DNA of 64,000 nt from an uncultured Phycisphaerales bacterium (lineage in GTDB: Bacteria > Planctomycetota > Phycisphaerae > Tepidisphaerales > Tepidisphaeraceae), in the NCBI GenBank assembly GCA_963844715.1, contig CAWJPJ010000004.1:192001-256000 (forward strand), given 5' to 3'. Positions 31,364 through 41,456 of the stretch are shown here, one piece after another. Each line of letters opens with the position of its first letter. The stretch's first letter is position 1. The position numbers and the translations under genes are program-made. The notes beneath the pieces are model-generated. The model did no database searches, was not told the DNA's origin, and was given only the letters and a program-made list of their open reading frames with translations.

Positions 31364-31630
31364 ATGACGACGGGCGCCTCCGTACTCGAGCGCATTATCG
31401 AGTCCAGGAAAGGGGGGTTTTCGAGCGAACATGCTCGGTTTATCCTTTCGATGGATTTTGCCCCCGAAGAGAAGGCTCGCTACGACGAACTTGCCCAAAA
31501 GGTCGGGGACGGACCATTGACCGCATTGGAAGAAGCGGAGCTGAGCGAGTTCGTCACTGCAAATGCGCTCATGACAATTCTCCAGTCCAAGGCCCGCATA
31601 TCGCTGAAGAAACACAATCCGGCAGCGTGA
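31364..31630 (+). CDS. small helical protein (putative antitoxin-like partner of HNH)
   Basis: 88-aa ORF with TATAAT 6 nt before the ATG, directly upstream of an HNH gene. Confidence 0.7.
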   Translation: MTTGASVLERIIESRKGGFSSEHARFILSMDFAPEEKARYDELAQKVGDGPLTALEEAELSEFVTANALMTILQSKARISLKKHNPAA

Positions 31631-31637
31631 AAGGCAC

Positions 31638-32039
31638 ATGGATCCTGGACTCGAACAACTGGTCCGGGAGCGGGCGGAATCTAAGTGTGAGTATTGCCGT
31701 ATGCCCCAGCGATTTTCTCGCTTGCAATTTGTCGTTGATCACGTGGTTGCCCGCCGGCACGACGGTGCGACTATCGAAAGCAATCTTGCCCTCGCCTGCC
31801 CGTTTTGTAACTCGCACAAGGGGCCGTATATCGCGGGGATCGACCCACAGACGAAGAAGATGACGCGATTGTTTCACCCCAGACAGGATAATTGGGAAGA
31901 GCACTTTCGTTGGAACGGGCATTTGCTCATCGGCTTGACTGAAATGGGGCGGGCGACGATTGCGGTATTGGCAATTAATCATTCCGCGCAAGCAGCCATG
32001 CGAAACACGCTGATCGACGAAGGTGAATTCCCGTCGTAA
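31638..32039 (+). CDS. HNH endonuclease
   Basis: CEYC, DHVV...HDG, NLALACPFCNSHKG and LFHPR. Confidence 0.92.
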   Translation: MDPGLEQLVRERAESKCEYCRMPQRFSRLQFVVDHVVARRHDGATIESNLALACPFCNSHKGPYIAGIDPQTKKMTRLFHPRQDNWEEHFRWNGHLLIGLTEMGRATIAVLAINHSAQAAMRNTLIDEGEFPS

Positions 32040-32107
32040 TGATGGGAATAGTTCGCGGATTCGACTGCGAGACGCGATAGCACCGGAGCCCGAGTAAAAA
32101 CGGTGCG

Positions 32108-33441
32108 TTAGGTGAATACGAGCATCATGCCTGGTTCTTCAAGAAGGCTCTTTAGCGTCCGCAGAAATTCCGCGGCGGTGGCCCCGTCGATCACTCGATG
32201 ATCGGCGGAGAGCGTCAGTTGCATCAAGGTGCGGCCGACAACCTGGCCGTTTTTGAAAGCTGGTCGTTTCTCGGCGGCGCCGATGGCCAGGATCGCCACC
32301 TGCGGGGGGTTGATGATGGCGGTGAATTCCTTGATGCCGAAGGCGCCGAGGTTGCTGACTGTGAATGTCGCGCCGGACATTTCGTCCTGGCGGAGACGCT
32401 GGGCGCAGGCGCGGTCGACTGAGTCGACGCTGCGCTGGCGGATTTCTTTCAGGCCCATGAGATGGACATTGCGCAGGACGGGGACGATCAGGCCGTCGGG
32501 GATGGCGACGGCGACGCCTAGATGGACGTCGCCATAGCGCGTGACTTCGGTGCCGTTGAACGTCGCGTTGATGGCGGGATGAGCCAGCAGGGACATGGCG
32601 ACGGCTTTGGTAATGAAATCGCCGAGGCTCAGGCGGATTTTTTTCGGTTCGAGGGCTTCATTCAGGCGTACGCGCATGGCGGCTAGTTCTTCGACATCGG
32701 CCTCGATTGTTTCGTAGAAGTGGGGGATCGTTTGGGTGGAGGCCTGGAGATTTTTGGCGATCGCCAGGCGCATTTTCGTGAGGGGGACGACCTGTTTTTC
32801 GCCGGAGCCGAGTCGGGCGGGGGCGAGGGGGGTCTGGGCCGCGGGCGCGGCGATATTGATCGTTAGCACATCTTTTTTGACGATGCGTCCGGTGGGGCCG
32901 GTGCCTTGGAGAGTTTTGATATCGATGTTTCGATCGGCGGCGATTCTGCGGGCTAAGGGGGAGATTCGAATGCGCCGGTCGCCATTGCCGCGCGCGAGGG
33001 TTCGGAAGGCGCGGCGACGGCTGTGCCGGCGGATTGGCTCCGCGCGGTGGTATGGCCGGCACCGTCGGCTTCATGGATTTCGCCGGAGCTGGCTTCGGCC
33101 CAGGTCGCGACGGGAGCCACCTGCGGCGGGGGGGCGGCGGCGCTTTTGGAAGGGGCAGCGCCTTTTGAAATCGCCTGTTTTTTTACTTCGGCGGGGTCTT
33201 CCTTGCCTGTCGCGACGACGGCGAGGACCGCGCCGACGGCGACCTTCTCGCCTTCCTTGGCAAGAACTGCCGCCAATGTTCCGGCTGCAAAACTTTCCAT
33301 CTCCATGACGGCTTTATCGGTTTCGACTTCGGCGACTTTGTCGCCGGTACTGACTTTGTCTCCTTCCTTTTTGAGCCACTTGATGACCTTACCTTCGGTC
33401 ATGGTGTCGCTCAATTGCGGCATGGTGATTTCGAGAGACAC
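32108..33441 (-). CDS. pdhC: pyruvate dehydrogenase E2, dihydrolipoamide acetyltransferase (frameshift near 32960)
   Basis: Lipoyl motif ETDKA, SNLG, IINPPQ and DHRVIDG. Confidence 0.93.
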
Positions 33442-33464
33442 GAGGCACTCCTTAGCAGTCGTTA

Positions 33465-33588
33465 GAATGACGAAATTCGAATGATAAATGACGAATCAAT
33501 GTTCGAATGGTTGAATGACCAATTGGAACATTCGATCATTGGAATTTGATTCGTCATTTATCATTTATCATTCGAATTTCGTCATTCG
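33465..33588. repeat. interspersed repeat family 3 (AATGACGAAT), full palindromic copy
   Basis: GAATGACGAAATTCGAATGATAAATGACGAATCAA ... TTGATTCGTCATTTATCATTTATCATTCGAATTTCGTCATTC. Confidence 0.85.
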
Positions 33589-33595
33589 AAGTCGG

Positions 33596-33635
33596 CCCTC
33601 ACCCCAACCCTCTCCCAGAGTACTGGGCGAGGGGG
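33596..33635. repeat. REP-like palindrome, family 1
   Basis: CCCTCACCCCAACCCTCTCCCAGAGTACTGGGCGAGGG, near-identical to 166-207. Confidence 0.8.
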
Positions 33636-33653
33636 AAATGCGAGGGGACGGGA

Positions 33654-34637
33654 TTATTTATAACAAACTTCTTTGACGGACGCGACAATCCGGTCGACGC
33701 TGGGCATCATCGCTTCTTCCAGGGGATGTGAGAAGGGGACGGGGATTTCGTCGCTGTGGACGTATTCGATGGGGGCGTCGAGATAATCGAAGACGGGCTT
33801 TTGGATTTTCTGCATGATGCCGGCGCCCATGCCGCAGTAGCCCCAATCCTCGTCGATGATCACGCAGCGGTTGGTCTTTTTCACGGATTCGACGAGTGCC
33901 GGGACATCGAGCGGGCGGAGGGTTCGGACGTCGATCAGCTCGACGTCGATTCCTTCGTCGTTGATCAATGCCTCGACGGCGGGGCGCACGACGCGCTGAA
34001 GCGGGCGGCCGTAGCTGACGATGGTGACGTCGCTGCCTTCGCGCTCGATCTTGGCTTTGCCCAGGGGGAGTAGATATTCCTCGGCGGGGACTTCGCCTTT
34101 TTCGGCGAGCATTTTTTCCGATTCAAGAAAGATGACGGGATCGTCGCAGCGGATGGCCATCTTCAGGAGGCCCTTGGCTTCGTAGGGCGTGCTGGGCGTT
34201 ACGACGATCAGGCCCGGAACGCGCGAGTAAATGGCTTCGACGCGATGGCTGTGGGTCGCGCCCAATTGATGGGCGATGCCATTTCCGCCGCGGAAGACGA
34301 CGGGCACCTTGAACTGTCCGCCGGACATGTAGCGCACGTTGGCGGCGTTGTTGTAAATCTGGTCCATGCAGACGAGCGTGAAGGACCAGCTCATGAATTC
34401 GATGATGGGGCGAAGCCCGCAGCAGGCGGCCCCAACGCCGAGGCCCGAAAAGGCGGCTTCGCTGATCGGCGTATCAAACACCCGCCGGGGGCCGAATTTT
34501 TCGAGCATCCCCTCGGAGACTTTATACGCGCCGTTGTATTGCGCGACTTCCTCGCCCATGAGGAAGACCGACGGATCGCGCTCCATCTCCTCGGTCATGG
34601 CGGCACGGAGAGCTTCTCGGAATTGGATGACTGGCAT
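33654..34637 (-). CDS. pdhB: pyruvate dehydrogenase E1 beta
   Basis: GEEVAQYNGAYKV, DTPISE and DVRTLRPLD. Confidence 0.95.
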   Translation of the reverse strand: MPVIQFREALRAAMTEEMERDPSVFLMGEEVAQYNGAYKVSEGMLEKFGPRRVFDTPISEAAFSGLGVGAACCGLRPIIEFMSWSFTLVCMDQIYNNAANVRYMSGGQFKVPVVFRGGNGIAHQLGATHSHRVEAIYSRVPGLIVVTPSTPYEAKGLLKMAIRCDDPVIFLESEKMLAEKGEVPAEEYLLPLGKAKIEREGSDVTIVSYGRPLQRVVRPAVEALINDEGIDVELIDVRTLRPLDVPALVESVKKTNRCVIIDEDWGYCGMGAGIMQKIQKPVFDYLDAPIEYVHSDEIPVPFSHPLEEAMMPSVDRIVASVKEVCYK

Positions 34638-34645
34638 AATGGTCT

Positions 34646-34867
34646 CTAAGCAACCGGACCGGTGGCTTCAACACCGACTACCTGGTTCTTGCGAAAAAAT
34701 GCGAGGGTCGAGCGAACCAGCACAATTACGCTGTCGCCCATTGCGAGTTGATGTGGATCGGTCACTTCATATCTGTCGCCGCTTGACACAATGATCGTGA
34801 AGGGGAAAAAAGGTTCTCGATCCAAAATCCGCTCGATCTCGTCGTTGAAATTAATCGTTTCGGCCAT
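34646..34867 (-). CDS. small hypothetical protein within the pdh operon
   Basis: 73-aa ORF filling the pdhA-pdhB gap; PFFPFTI..SSGDRYEV.DP pattern. Confidence 0.7.
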   Translation of the reverse strand: MAETINFNDEIERILDREPFFPFTIIVSSGDRYEVTDPHQLAMGDSVIVLVRSTLAFFRKNQVVGVEATGPVA

Positions 34868-34878
34868 GACGTCCCCAC

Positions 34879-35914
34879 CTATTTTTCCAGCGGATACTTA
34901 TCGCTCAGAATGTCGTCGAATCGCGCATCCAGATCGGGGAACGCGTCGGCGTCGGCCTGCTTGGTGGCCTCGTCGACTTCCTGGGCGACTTCCTGGTCCA
35001 TGGCTTCAATCTGCTCGTCGTTGATCAGCCCCTCTTCCTTCAAACGCTCCTGATAAAGCTTGATCGGGTCGCGCAATTTGGCGCGCTCGGCTTCTTCCTT
35101 GGTGCGATATTTCAGGGGGTCGGACATCGAATGCCCGCGGAATCGGAAGGTATTGGCGACGATATAGCTCGGCCCCTCGTCGGCGATGGCGCGCTGCTTG
35201 GCTTTGCCGAATTCCTCGATGACGACGTCCAGATCGTTCCCGTCGATGGCGTAGTGCGGCATGTTGTATCCGCAGCCGCGCTGGGCGAGATCTTTTTCGG
35301 CGCTGGAGCGTTCAACCTGGGTTCCCATGGCGACGCCGTTATTTTCGACGACGAAGATGCACGGGACTTTCAGGAGGCTGGCCAAATTGAGCGATTCGTT
35401 GTGAGTCCCCTGATTGAGCGCCCCGTCCCCCATGAAACAGAAGGTTACGCCCCCCGATTTTTTGTACGACTGCGCGAAATGCCATGCCGAGTCCGAGGGG
35501 GATTTGTCCGCCTACGATGCCGTGGCCGCCGTTGTTGCCTACCTCGGCCTGGAAAAGGTGCATCGAGCCGCCCTTTCCCTTGGAGCAGCCGGTCGCCTTA
35601 CCGAAAAGCTCCGCCATTGCCGCGTGCGGTGACATCCCCAGCGCCAGGCTATGGCCGTGGCAGCGGTAACCGTTGACGAGATAGTCTTTTGATTTATCGA
35701 AGATGGCGGCGGTGCCGACGGCGATGGCTTCCTGCCCGCTGTAGAGATGGCAGAACCCGCCGATTTTTTGGCCCGGGCGGGTGTATTCCTGGTAGGTGCG
35801 TTCCTCGAAGCGGCGGATGAGGAACATCGTGCGCAGCCGCGTGCGTTCCAATTGTCCGTCCGACGCGGGTTTTATCGCCGGTAGGCGCCGTTGTACGTGA
35901 TCAACTACAGCCAT
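34879..35914 (-). CDS. pdhA: pyruvate dehydrogenase E1 alpha (frameshift near 35475)
   Basis: GGFCHLYSGQEA, GKGGSMH, GDGA...ENN and RFRGHSMSDP. Confidence 0.95.
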
Positions 35915-36085
35915 TCAGATGCTCCGCTCACTTTCGTGCACTCGGCGGTTCCCAAGCAGTGTATGAGATTTTCGCCGCCCGTGAAAGCCCGATCCTGAAC
36001 CGAGACTCCCAGAGCGTTATCGACCCATTGCGTGAGGGACTCAACCATCGCTGGGCCATACACTTGGCGGTAAATTTAGTATAGG
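35915..36085 (-). promoter_or_regulatory. structured 5' leader of pdhA (candidate cis-regulatory RNA)
   Basis: TATACT, then closing stem CCAAGTGTATG/CATACACTGCTTGG with internal helices and a CAC-GAAA-GTG hairpin before the GGAG SD. Confidence 0.45.
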
Positions 36086-36144
36086 AACCCGGGTTTGAAA
36101 AGTCGCCGGGGAAACTCGCCGGGCGGCCCCGGTTTATCGGCCAT

Positions 36145-37946
36145 TTATTGGCCCATGGAGGGGGCGGTCTGGGGCTGCAGGGCGGCGGATAATTGGGCCA
36201 TTCGGCCCTCGCAATGTGCCAAATACCGGCTGTATTCCACCCGTTCATCTTGATTCATGTCGCCAGTCGGTTGGCCGGTGTTCGGGTCGCGATAAATGCG
36301 ATCGGTGAGGCGGTTGGCGGCCATGCAAGTCGGTATCCAGGTGGAGGGGTCGGCCTGGTCGATGGTTGTGCGGGTTCGGGGTTTGCCGGTCGCGGGATCG
36401 ATGGGAAATACCTTGGCGGCGATGCCATCCTCCGTGAAATATTTAATCGTGATCAGCGCGAAACGATCGGCCGCGGCGGCGTAATGGTCCAGCGCCGACC
36501 GCATGAGCTTCTCTCGCTCGTCGCCGCTTGCGGTGACCGCCTCGAGGTAGTCGTGGTCGGCGAGCATGAACTGCTCCATGGCGATCGTGTCGTCAACGTG
36601 GGAGAAATAGGTGAAGGCCTGACCCGGATCGTTTTGAATGTGCCGCTTGAACTCCTCCCGGGCGTCGGCGAATACGCGCGCCGCGGTCGCGTAGCTATAA
36701 AGGGCGAGATTGTAGTCGTTCTGATCGACGACTTTGGCGTCGAAGCCGATGTGCGCGTCAGGAATCTCCAAATCCAGAGGGTCGACCATCGAACTGACTG
36801 ATCCGCCGATCGACTCAATTTCGGCGCGGCGGCCGCGATCCCAGTCATCCTGAGCCCACAGCTTGAGCATGATCCCCGGGCGGCTGTCGATCGCCATGTC
36901 GTTCTGCTGGAGCATGGTCTCCTTCCATACCTGAATGAGGAGCTGCGTGCGCTTGTAGTAGTTGTAGGCCAATGCGAATGTCGAAACGCCGTAGGGGAAC
37001 GGCTGATATGGCGCGAGCAGTTGCAAAGGCGATCCGTCGTACCACGGCTGATCCGCGGCAAGTCCCTCGGGACGGGGATATCTTGGTTTGATGAGTTCGG
37101 GCAAGATAAAGCCGTTTTCGTCCAGGACCGGCGGCAGGCGCATGCGCCGCCAGGATCGATTGGCGGCCACGGCTTCTTCGGGAGTTGCGCGACGATCTTT
37201 GCGTCACCGCCCATGGCGGCCAGCACGCTCTGGGCGATCGGCTTCTCAAGCACGACGACGTAGGTCTGCGTTTTTGAATTCAAGCCAAGCGGGGATTCCT
37301 CGGAATCCCAACCCAGGGCGGGCGCCGCTGCGCGGAATTCGTCGACGCGCGACGCGGGGAATGAGAAGATATAGAGGGTCTGCGTTTCACGGCGAACCCG
37401 GTGGCGATAATACGGATATTCCTGGCTCGACCCGAGCTTGTCGCTGAAAACCTGTGCCAATTGGGAAAGGATGTTGCCGTCGTCGGGGCGCTCCTTGTCG
37501 ACGCGTTGGCCGTAGTCGATGGCGTCGATGACGGCGGAATATTTATTCGCCAGGCTCGTCATCTTCACCGAGATGTTGTACGCCTTGTTCCAGATTTCGA
37601 ATAAATGGACGGCGTCAAAATCAGGCTGGAGGAGGCGAATCCATTCGATCTTGGTGTCAATGTCCTCGAGATTGTTCTGTTGTTTCTGGGTTTCGCTGCT
37701 GATCCAGAGGCTCATCACCAGGGGACCGCGCAGTCCCCCGAGGAGGAGAGCGGTGGCGAAGCTGGGCATGGAACTCAGCGATTCCTGGTTCGTGCCGCCG
37801 GCCATCGGCGCGTCGCTTGTGAAACGATAATTCACGACGCCCCACTGGGCCGCGGCGGCGGCGATCAGAAAAACGAGAAGCATGGCGACGGTGACCGGTC
37901 GTGCCGTTGCCCGGCGCGGACGCGTTTTCTCTTTTAATTCGGTCAT
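36145..37946 (-). CDS. membrane-anchored helical hypothetical protein of an ABC operon (frameshift near 37170)
   Basis: LLLGGLRG...LW...LQPDF..V...WNKAYNIS motif; C-terminal half in ORF 36145..37170. Confidence 0.7.
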
Positions 37947-40165
37947 GGCGCCACCTCCTTGCGCTTGAGGATGAGGTAGCCCACGACGATCGCCGGCAAT
38001 CCGAACCCGCCCATCATTGTCAGCGCCGCGAGCAATTCCCGAGAAGAGATCGAGACGCCGCTTTCGATATCGGTGATGGCGTCGAAGCTCCCTGTGTCGG
38101 GGAGGAACTGGGACATCGTGGTCATGGCGCGCGACAGGGCGTCAACACCGGTGCTGACCACCTTGGCGACTGGAGCATCGTTGAACTTGAAATCGTTGAC
38201 GATCTGCCGGCCCAGGCCCGGGCGCGTGACGTCCGCCATCTGATCGAATCCCCATCGTCCGAGCAAAAGCACGACGGTGAGCACGATCGCGATCGGCCAG
38301 GAGAGGAATGTGCTGCAAAATATCGCCAGAGTCAGAACCAGGATGCTCATCATCCAGAGAATCGCCAGGCTTTTGATCAGGTTGACCTCAAAACTTTCGC
38401 GAGAGGCGACCAGGCTTAGCGATCGTTGCGGGAAGAGCCCGATTTCTTCGCCGGGAGATTGGCAGGAGATGATGACGTCAAAATCAGGTCCGGTGATGGC
38501 GTCGGCGGGGACTGTGAAAAATGTGACCAGATTGCTTTCGAGCTGGATCGTCTGCGAGGTCGATTTTCCGCTGGTGAGATCACGAACGACCACCCCAACG
38601 GTGGTGGCGTCTTCGCGACCCGCGGAGACGCCGGCGTCCAGACGATCCACCTGTAGATTGACTTCGAACGGAATTTCCCCGCCGTAGAGGGTTGGGGACG
38701 GGGCGTTTCGGAAGCCAAATACGGCCACGCCCTCGGGTCCGGATTCAGTTCCGCGAATCTCTTCATCGCCTTGAATCCCCAGGCGGCCGCGGAAGACCAC
38801 GGGCAAAATCTGGCCGTTGGGCCCGGTCGCGCGGGGCAGGGCCTGCGCCTCGGGCGGACCCATGGCGATCCTGCCGTTCACAGCCACCGGAACATACGCC
38901 TGCACCGGATCGGCGCCGACCAGATAGTCCACGTTGTCGCTGCCGCCGCTGACGCGGAGGAAGAACACATCACTGTTGAAAAGGCGCTGAGCGATCGTGG
39001 GCGGGATCCAAACGTAAGCGACCTGCTTCGTCGACCCATCGGGTTGGGCCTGGGGCTCGCTGAGCCGAAGGGCATTGGCCATCTGGTCCGGCGTGACCTT
39101 CCCGACCTTGGCGTAATCCGCGATCGCCTCGCGCAAATCAATCTCATTCGGCTTGGCGATGAATTCCGCTCCGCTCGCCAGGCTGTATAGATCGCCGTTG
39201 AGCAATTCCATGCTGATGTAGGGGGGTTGATCGGGACGCACGTGGCCGTTCGTCAACCGCAGCGCGGGACCCATGATTCCCAGAGCGGTGGGCCGCGGCT
39301 GATCCGTCGCCGGGCCCGTGCGCTGGGTGTTCATTTCCACTTTCATCGCCAGCCCGATCGCGCCAACGCCCTGATGGGCCCATTCCTCGGGGTCCTCACT
39401 ATCCGGCATAGGGCCGAAGAGTTGATTGCGATCGACCCCAAATCCGGCGGCGAATTCCTCCGTCCCCTGGCCGCTCATCACGCGGATCGGACTGTTGGGG
39501 TCCGGGACGCGCGCGTAAATCTGAAGGCCGGTCGGAGCGACGAGGTTACGCGCGGTGAGCATTCCGGAATCAAGATAGTGGGCTAGCCGCGCATGTTCGG
39601 TCTCTCCGACGTCACCCTGTTGGAGGCGGCTTTCAACCTCGCCGCGTTTTTCATATTCGCGCAAACGCAGATATCCCCAGGTGAAGAGTCCCATGATGAT
39701 GAGCACGGCCAGGGAGACGCGCGAGAAGCCGATCACTTTGCCGACAATCAACTCAAGCCGCGTCGCGGGCTTGGTCACTACGGTGTAAATCACGCGGCTC
39801 TCGATCTCCTTGGGGAGATTCGTCGCGGCGAGAATGATCGAGACGAGAACGACGACCATTCCGGTGCCGAAGAGGCAGACCTTCAGCACCTGCCGCAGGG
39901 CGTCCTGCTCATCGACCGCCTTTTGGAATTGGGTAACGAGAATGATGCCGACGATTGCAAGCGGGGTGACCCAGAGGACGCGGCGGCGGATGGAATCGTC
40001 AAAGCATACGCCGGAGATCGCCCAGGCCCGGGTGAGGCTGAATCGTCCCAAATCGCCGAGGCCGAATACGAGCATTCCCCCGCCGACAATAAGGGCGAAA
40101 GCAATCCATTCCCAGTGGCTCCAAATATCGGCCAGGGGATAGAAGATGGCAAAAGAGGCGGCCAA
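37943..40165 (-). CDS. ABC-2-type permease with large extracytoplasmic insertion
   Basis: LPKEIESRVIYTVVTKP..RLELIVGK; TM clusters at both ends; terminal LKRKEVAP. Confidence 0.8.
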   Translation of the reverse strand: MAASFAIFYPLADIWSHWEWIAFALIVGGGMLVFGLGDLGRFSLTRAWAISGVCFDDSIRRRVLWVTPLAIVGIILVTQFQKAVDEQDALRQVLKVCLFGTGMVVVLVSIILAATNLPKEIESRVIYTVVTKPATRLELIVGKVIGFSRVSLAVLIIMGLFTWGYLRLREYEKRGEVESRLQQGDVGETEHARLAHYLDSGMLTARNLVAPTGLQIYARVPDPNSPIRVMSGQGTEEFAAGFGVDRNQLFGPMPDSEDPEEWAHQGVGAIGLAMKVEMNTQRTGPATDQPRPTALGIMGPALRLTNGHVRPDQPPYISMELLNGDLYSLASGAEFIAKPNEIDLREAIADYAKVGKVTPDQMANALRLSEPQAQPDGSTKQVAYVWIPPTIAQRLFNSDVFFLRVSGGSDNVDYLVGADPVQAYVPVAVNGRIAMGPPEAQALPRATGPNGQILPVVFRGRLGIQGDEEIRGTESGPEGVAVFGFRNAPSPTLYGGEIPFEVNLQVDRLDAGVSAGREDATTVGVVVRDLTSGKSTSQTIQLESNLVTFFTVPADAITGPDFDVIISCQSPGEEIGLFPQRSLSLVASRESFEVNLIKSLAILWMMSILVLTLAIFCSTFLSWPIAIVLTVVLLLGRWGFDQMADVTRPGLGRQIVNDFKFNDAPVAKVVSTGVDALSRAMTTMSQFLPDTGSFDAITDIESGVSISSRELLAALTMMGGFGLPAIVVGYLILKRKEVAP

Positions 40166-40193
40166 GAGTGCTTCTCCGCAAATGCGATGTCGA

Positions 40194-41108
40194 TCAGCCG
40201 GACCCGACGGAAGTCTGTCCCGCCTCGGTGTTTTGACGAACCACGCGGACGAACAAATCTTCCAGCGTCGTGGTGGGATGGCTGATTACCGTGTCGCTGA
40301 CCCCGATTTGCGACAGGAATGCCTTGGTTTTCTCGATCTGCTCGTCGGTCATGCCGCGAGTCTGTATTTGTGTTACGTCGCGGACTTGCAAAAGATCGCG
40401 CACCTGCCCGAGGGTCTGCATGCGCCCGCGGAAAAGAATCGTGATGCGGTCGCAGACGTCCTGCACGTCGGCCAGAAGATGGCTGCAGAGCAGCACGGTC
40501 TTTCCCTGTTGCTTCAGCGAAAGAATCAAATCCTTCATCTCCCGTGTTCCGATCGGGTCCAGGCCGGTGGTCGGCTCGTCGAGGAGAATGACTTCGGGAT
40601 TGTTGATCAGGGCCTGCGCGAGGCCGATGCGGCGGGCCATCCCCTTGGAATATTCGCGCAATTTGCGTTTGCGGCTTTTGGCATCGAGCCCGACGGTATC
40701 CAGCAGGGCCGGCACGCGGCGTTTCAGCTCCCGGCGCGGAATGCGAAAGAGGCGGCCATAGAACCAAAGCGTCTCCTCGCCGTTGAGGAAACGGTAGAGA
40801 TATGATTCTTCGGGCAAAAACCCGATTCGTTCGTTGATGACCGTGTTCCCCGCGGGTTGTCCGAGGACCTTGGCGGTTCCAAAGGTCGGGAATATCAGCC
40901 CCAGGAGCAGTTTGATCGTGGTGCTTTTGCCCGAGCCGTTTGGGCCAAGAAGGCCGAACACCTCGCCGCGATGAATGGATAGATTGAGATCGTCCAGGGC
41001 GCGGACCTTATCGCGGCCCCAGAAATCCCGGTAGACCTTGGTCAGATGCTCGGTTTGAATGGCTTCGTCGTTGGCTGCGCTCATTGGAATCGGGGTGGGA
41101 CCGGTCAA
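40194..41108 (-). CDS. ABC transporter ATP-binding protein
   Basis: GPNGSGKST, YSKGM and LLDEPT. Confidence 0.93.
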   Translation of the reverse strand: MTGPTPIPMSAANDEAIQTEHLTKVYRDFWGRDKVRALDDLNLSIHRGEVFGLLGPNGSGKSTTIKLLLGLIFPTFGTAKVLGQPAGNTVINERIGFLPEESYLYRFLNGEETLWFYGRLFRIPRRELKRRVPALLDTVGLDAKSRKRKLREYSKGMARRIGLAQALINNPEVILLDEPTTGLDPIGTREMKDLILSLKQQGKTVLLCSHLLADVQDVCDRITILFRGRMQTLGQVRDLLQVRDVTQIQTRGMTDEQIEKTKAFLSQIGVSDTVISHPTTTLEDLFVRVVRQNTEAGQTSVGSG

Positions 41109-41171
41109 TCTCCGGCGTAAATAAAACGCGCCCCGGGTTCGAAAAGTTGCTGTGCGGCGGTCCTCGGAGGG

Positions 41172-41366
41172 TTATGCTCCGCCGTTGCGACGGCCCATGA
41201 TCGGCTTGCGGCTGGTGCGTTGCCGGCGGCGCCTCTTCTCGCTGGGCTTCTCGTAATACGCCACCCGTTTAATGTCCTTGGTCAAACCCTCTTTTTCGCA
41301 CATCTTCTTGAAACGCCGCAACATCTGTTCCGCCGTTTCGTTGCCGCGCGACTTCACCTTGATCAT
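41172..41366 (-). CDS. rpsU: 30S ribosomal protein S21
   Basis: MLRRFKKMCEKEG and YYEKPSEKRRR. Confidence 0.93.
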   Translation of the reverse strand: MIKVKSRGNETAEQMLRRFKKMCEKEGLTKDIKRVAYYEKPSEKRRRRQRTSRKPIMGRRNGGA

Positions 41367-41456
41367 CTAAACACATTCCTTTCCGAACCGTGTAAAGGTA
41401 GTCTACCCATGGGAACCGATTGTTCAACCTTGGCGCCGTTTGCACTGACGGAACCC

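Noticed and set aside
29084..32039. Integron cassette array or resistance island
   Set aside because: No integrase or recognisable attC sites, mixed gene orientation, and the serine hydrolase is a generic family member
35915..36085. TPP riboswitch or 6S RNA upstream of pdhA
   Set aside because: No CUGAGA/ACCUGA TPP core in the sense orientation, and too short with no clear central bubble for 6S; kept only as an unknown structure
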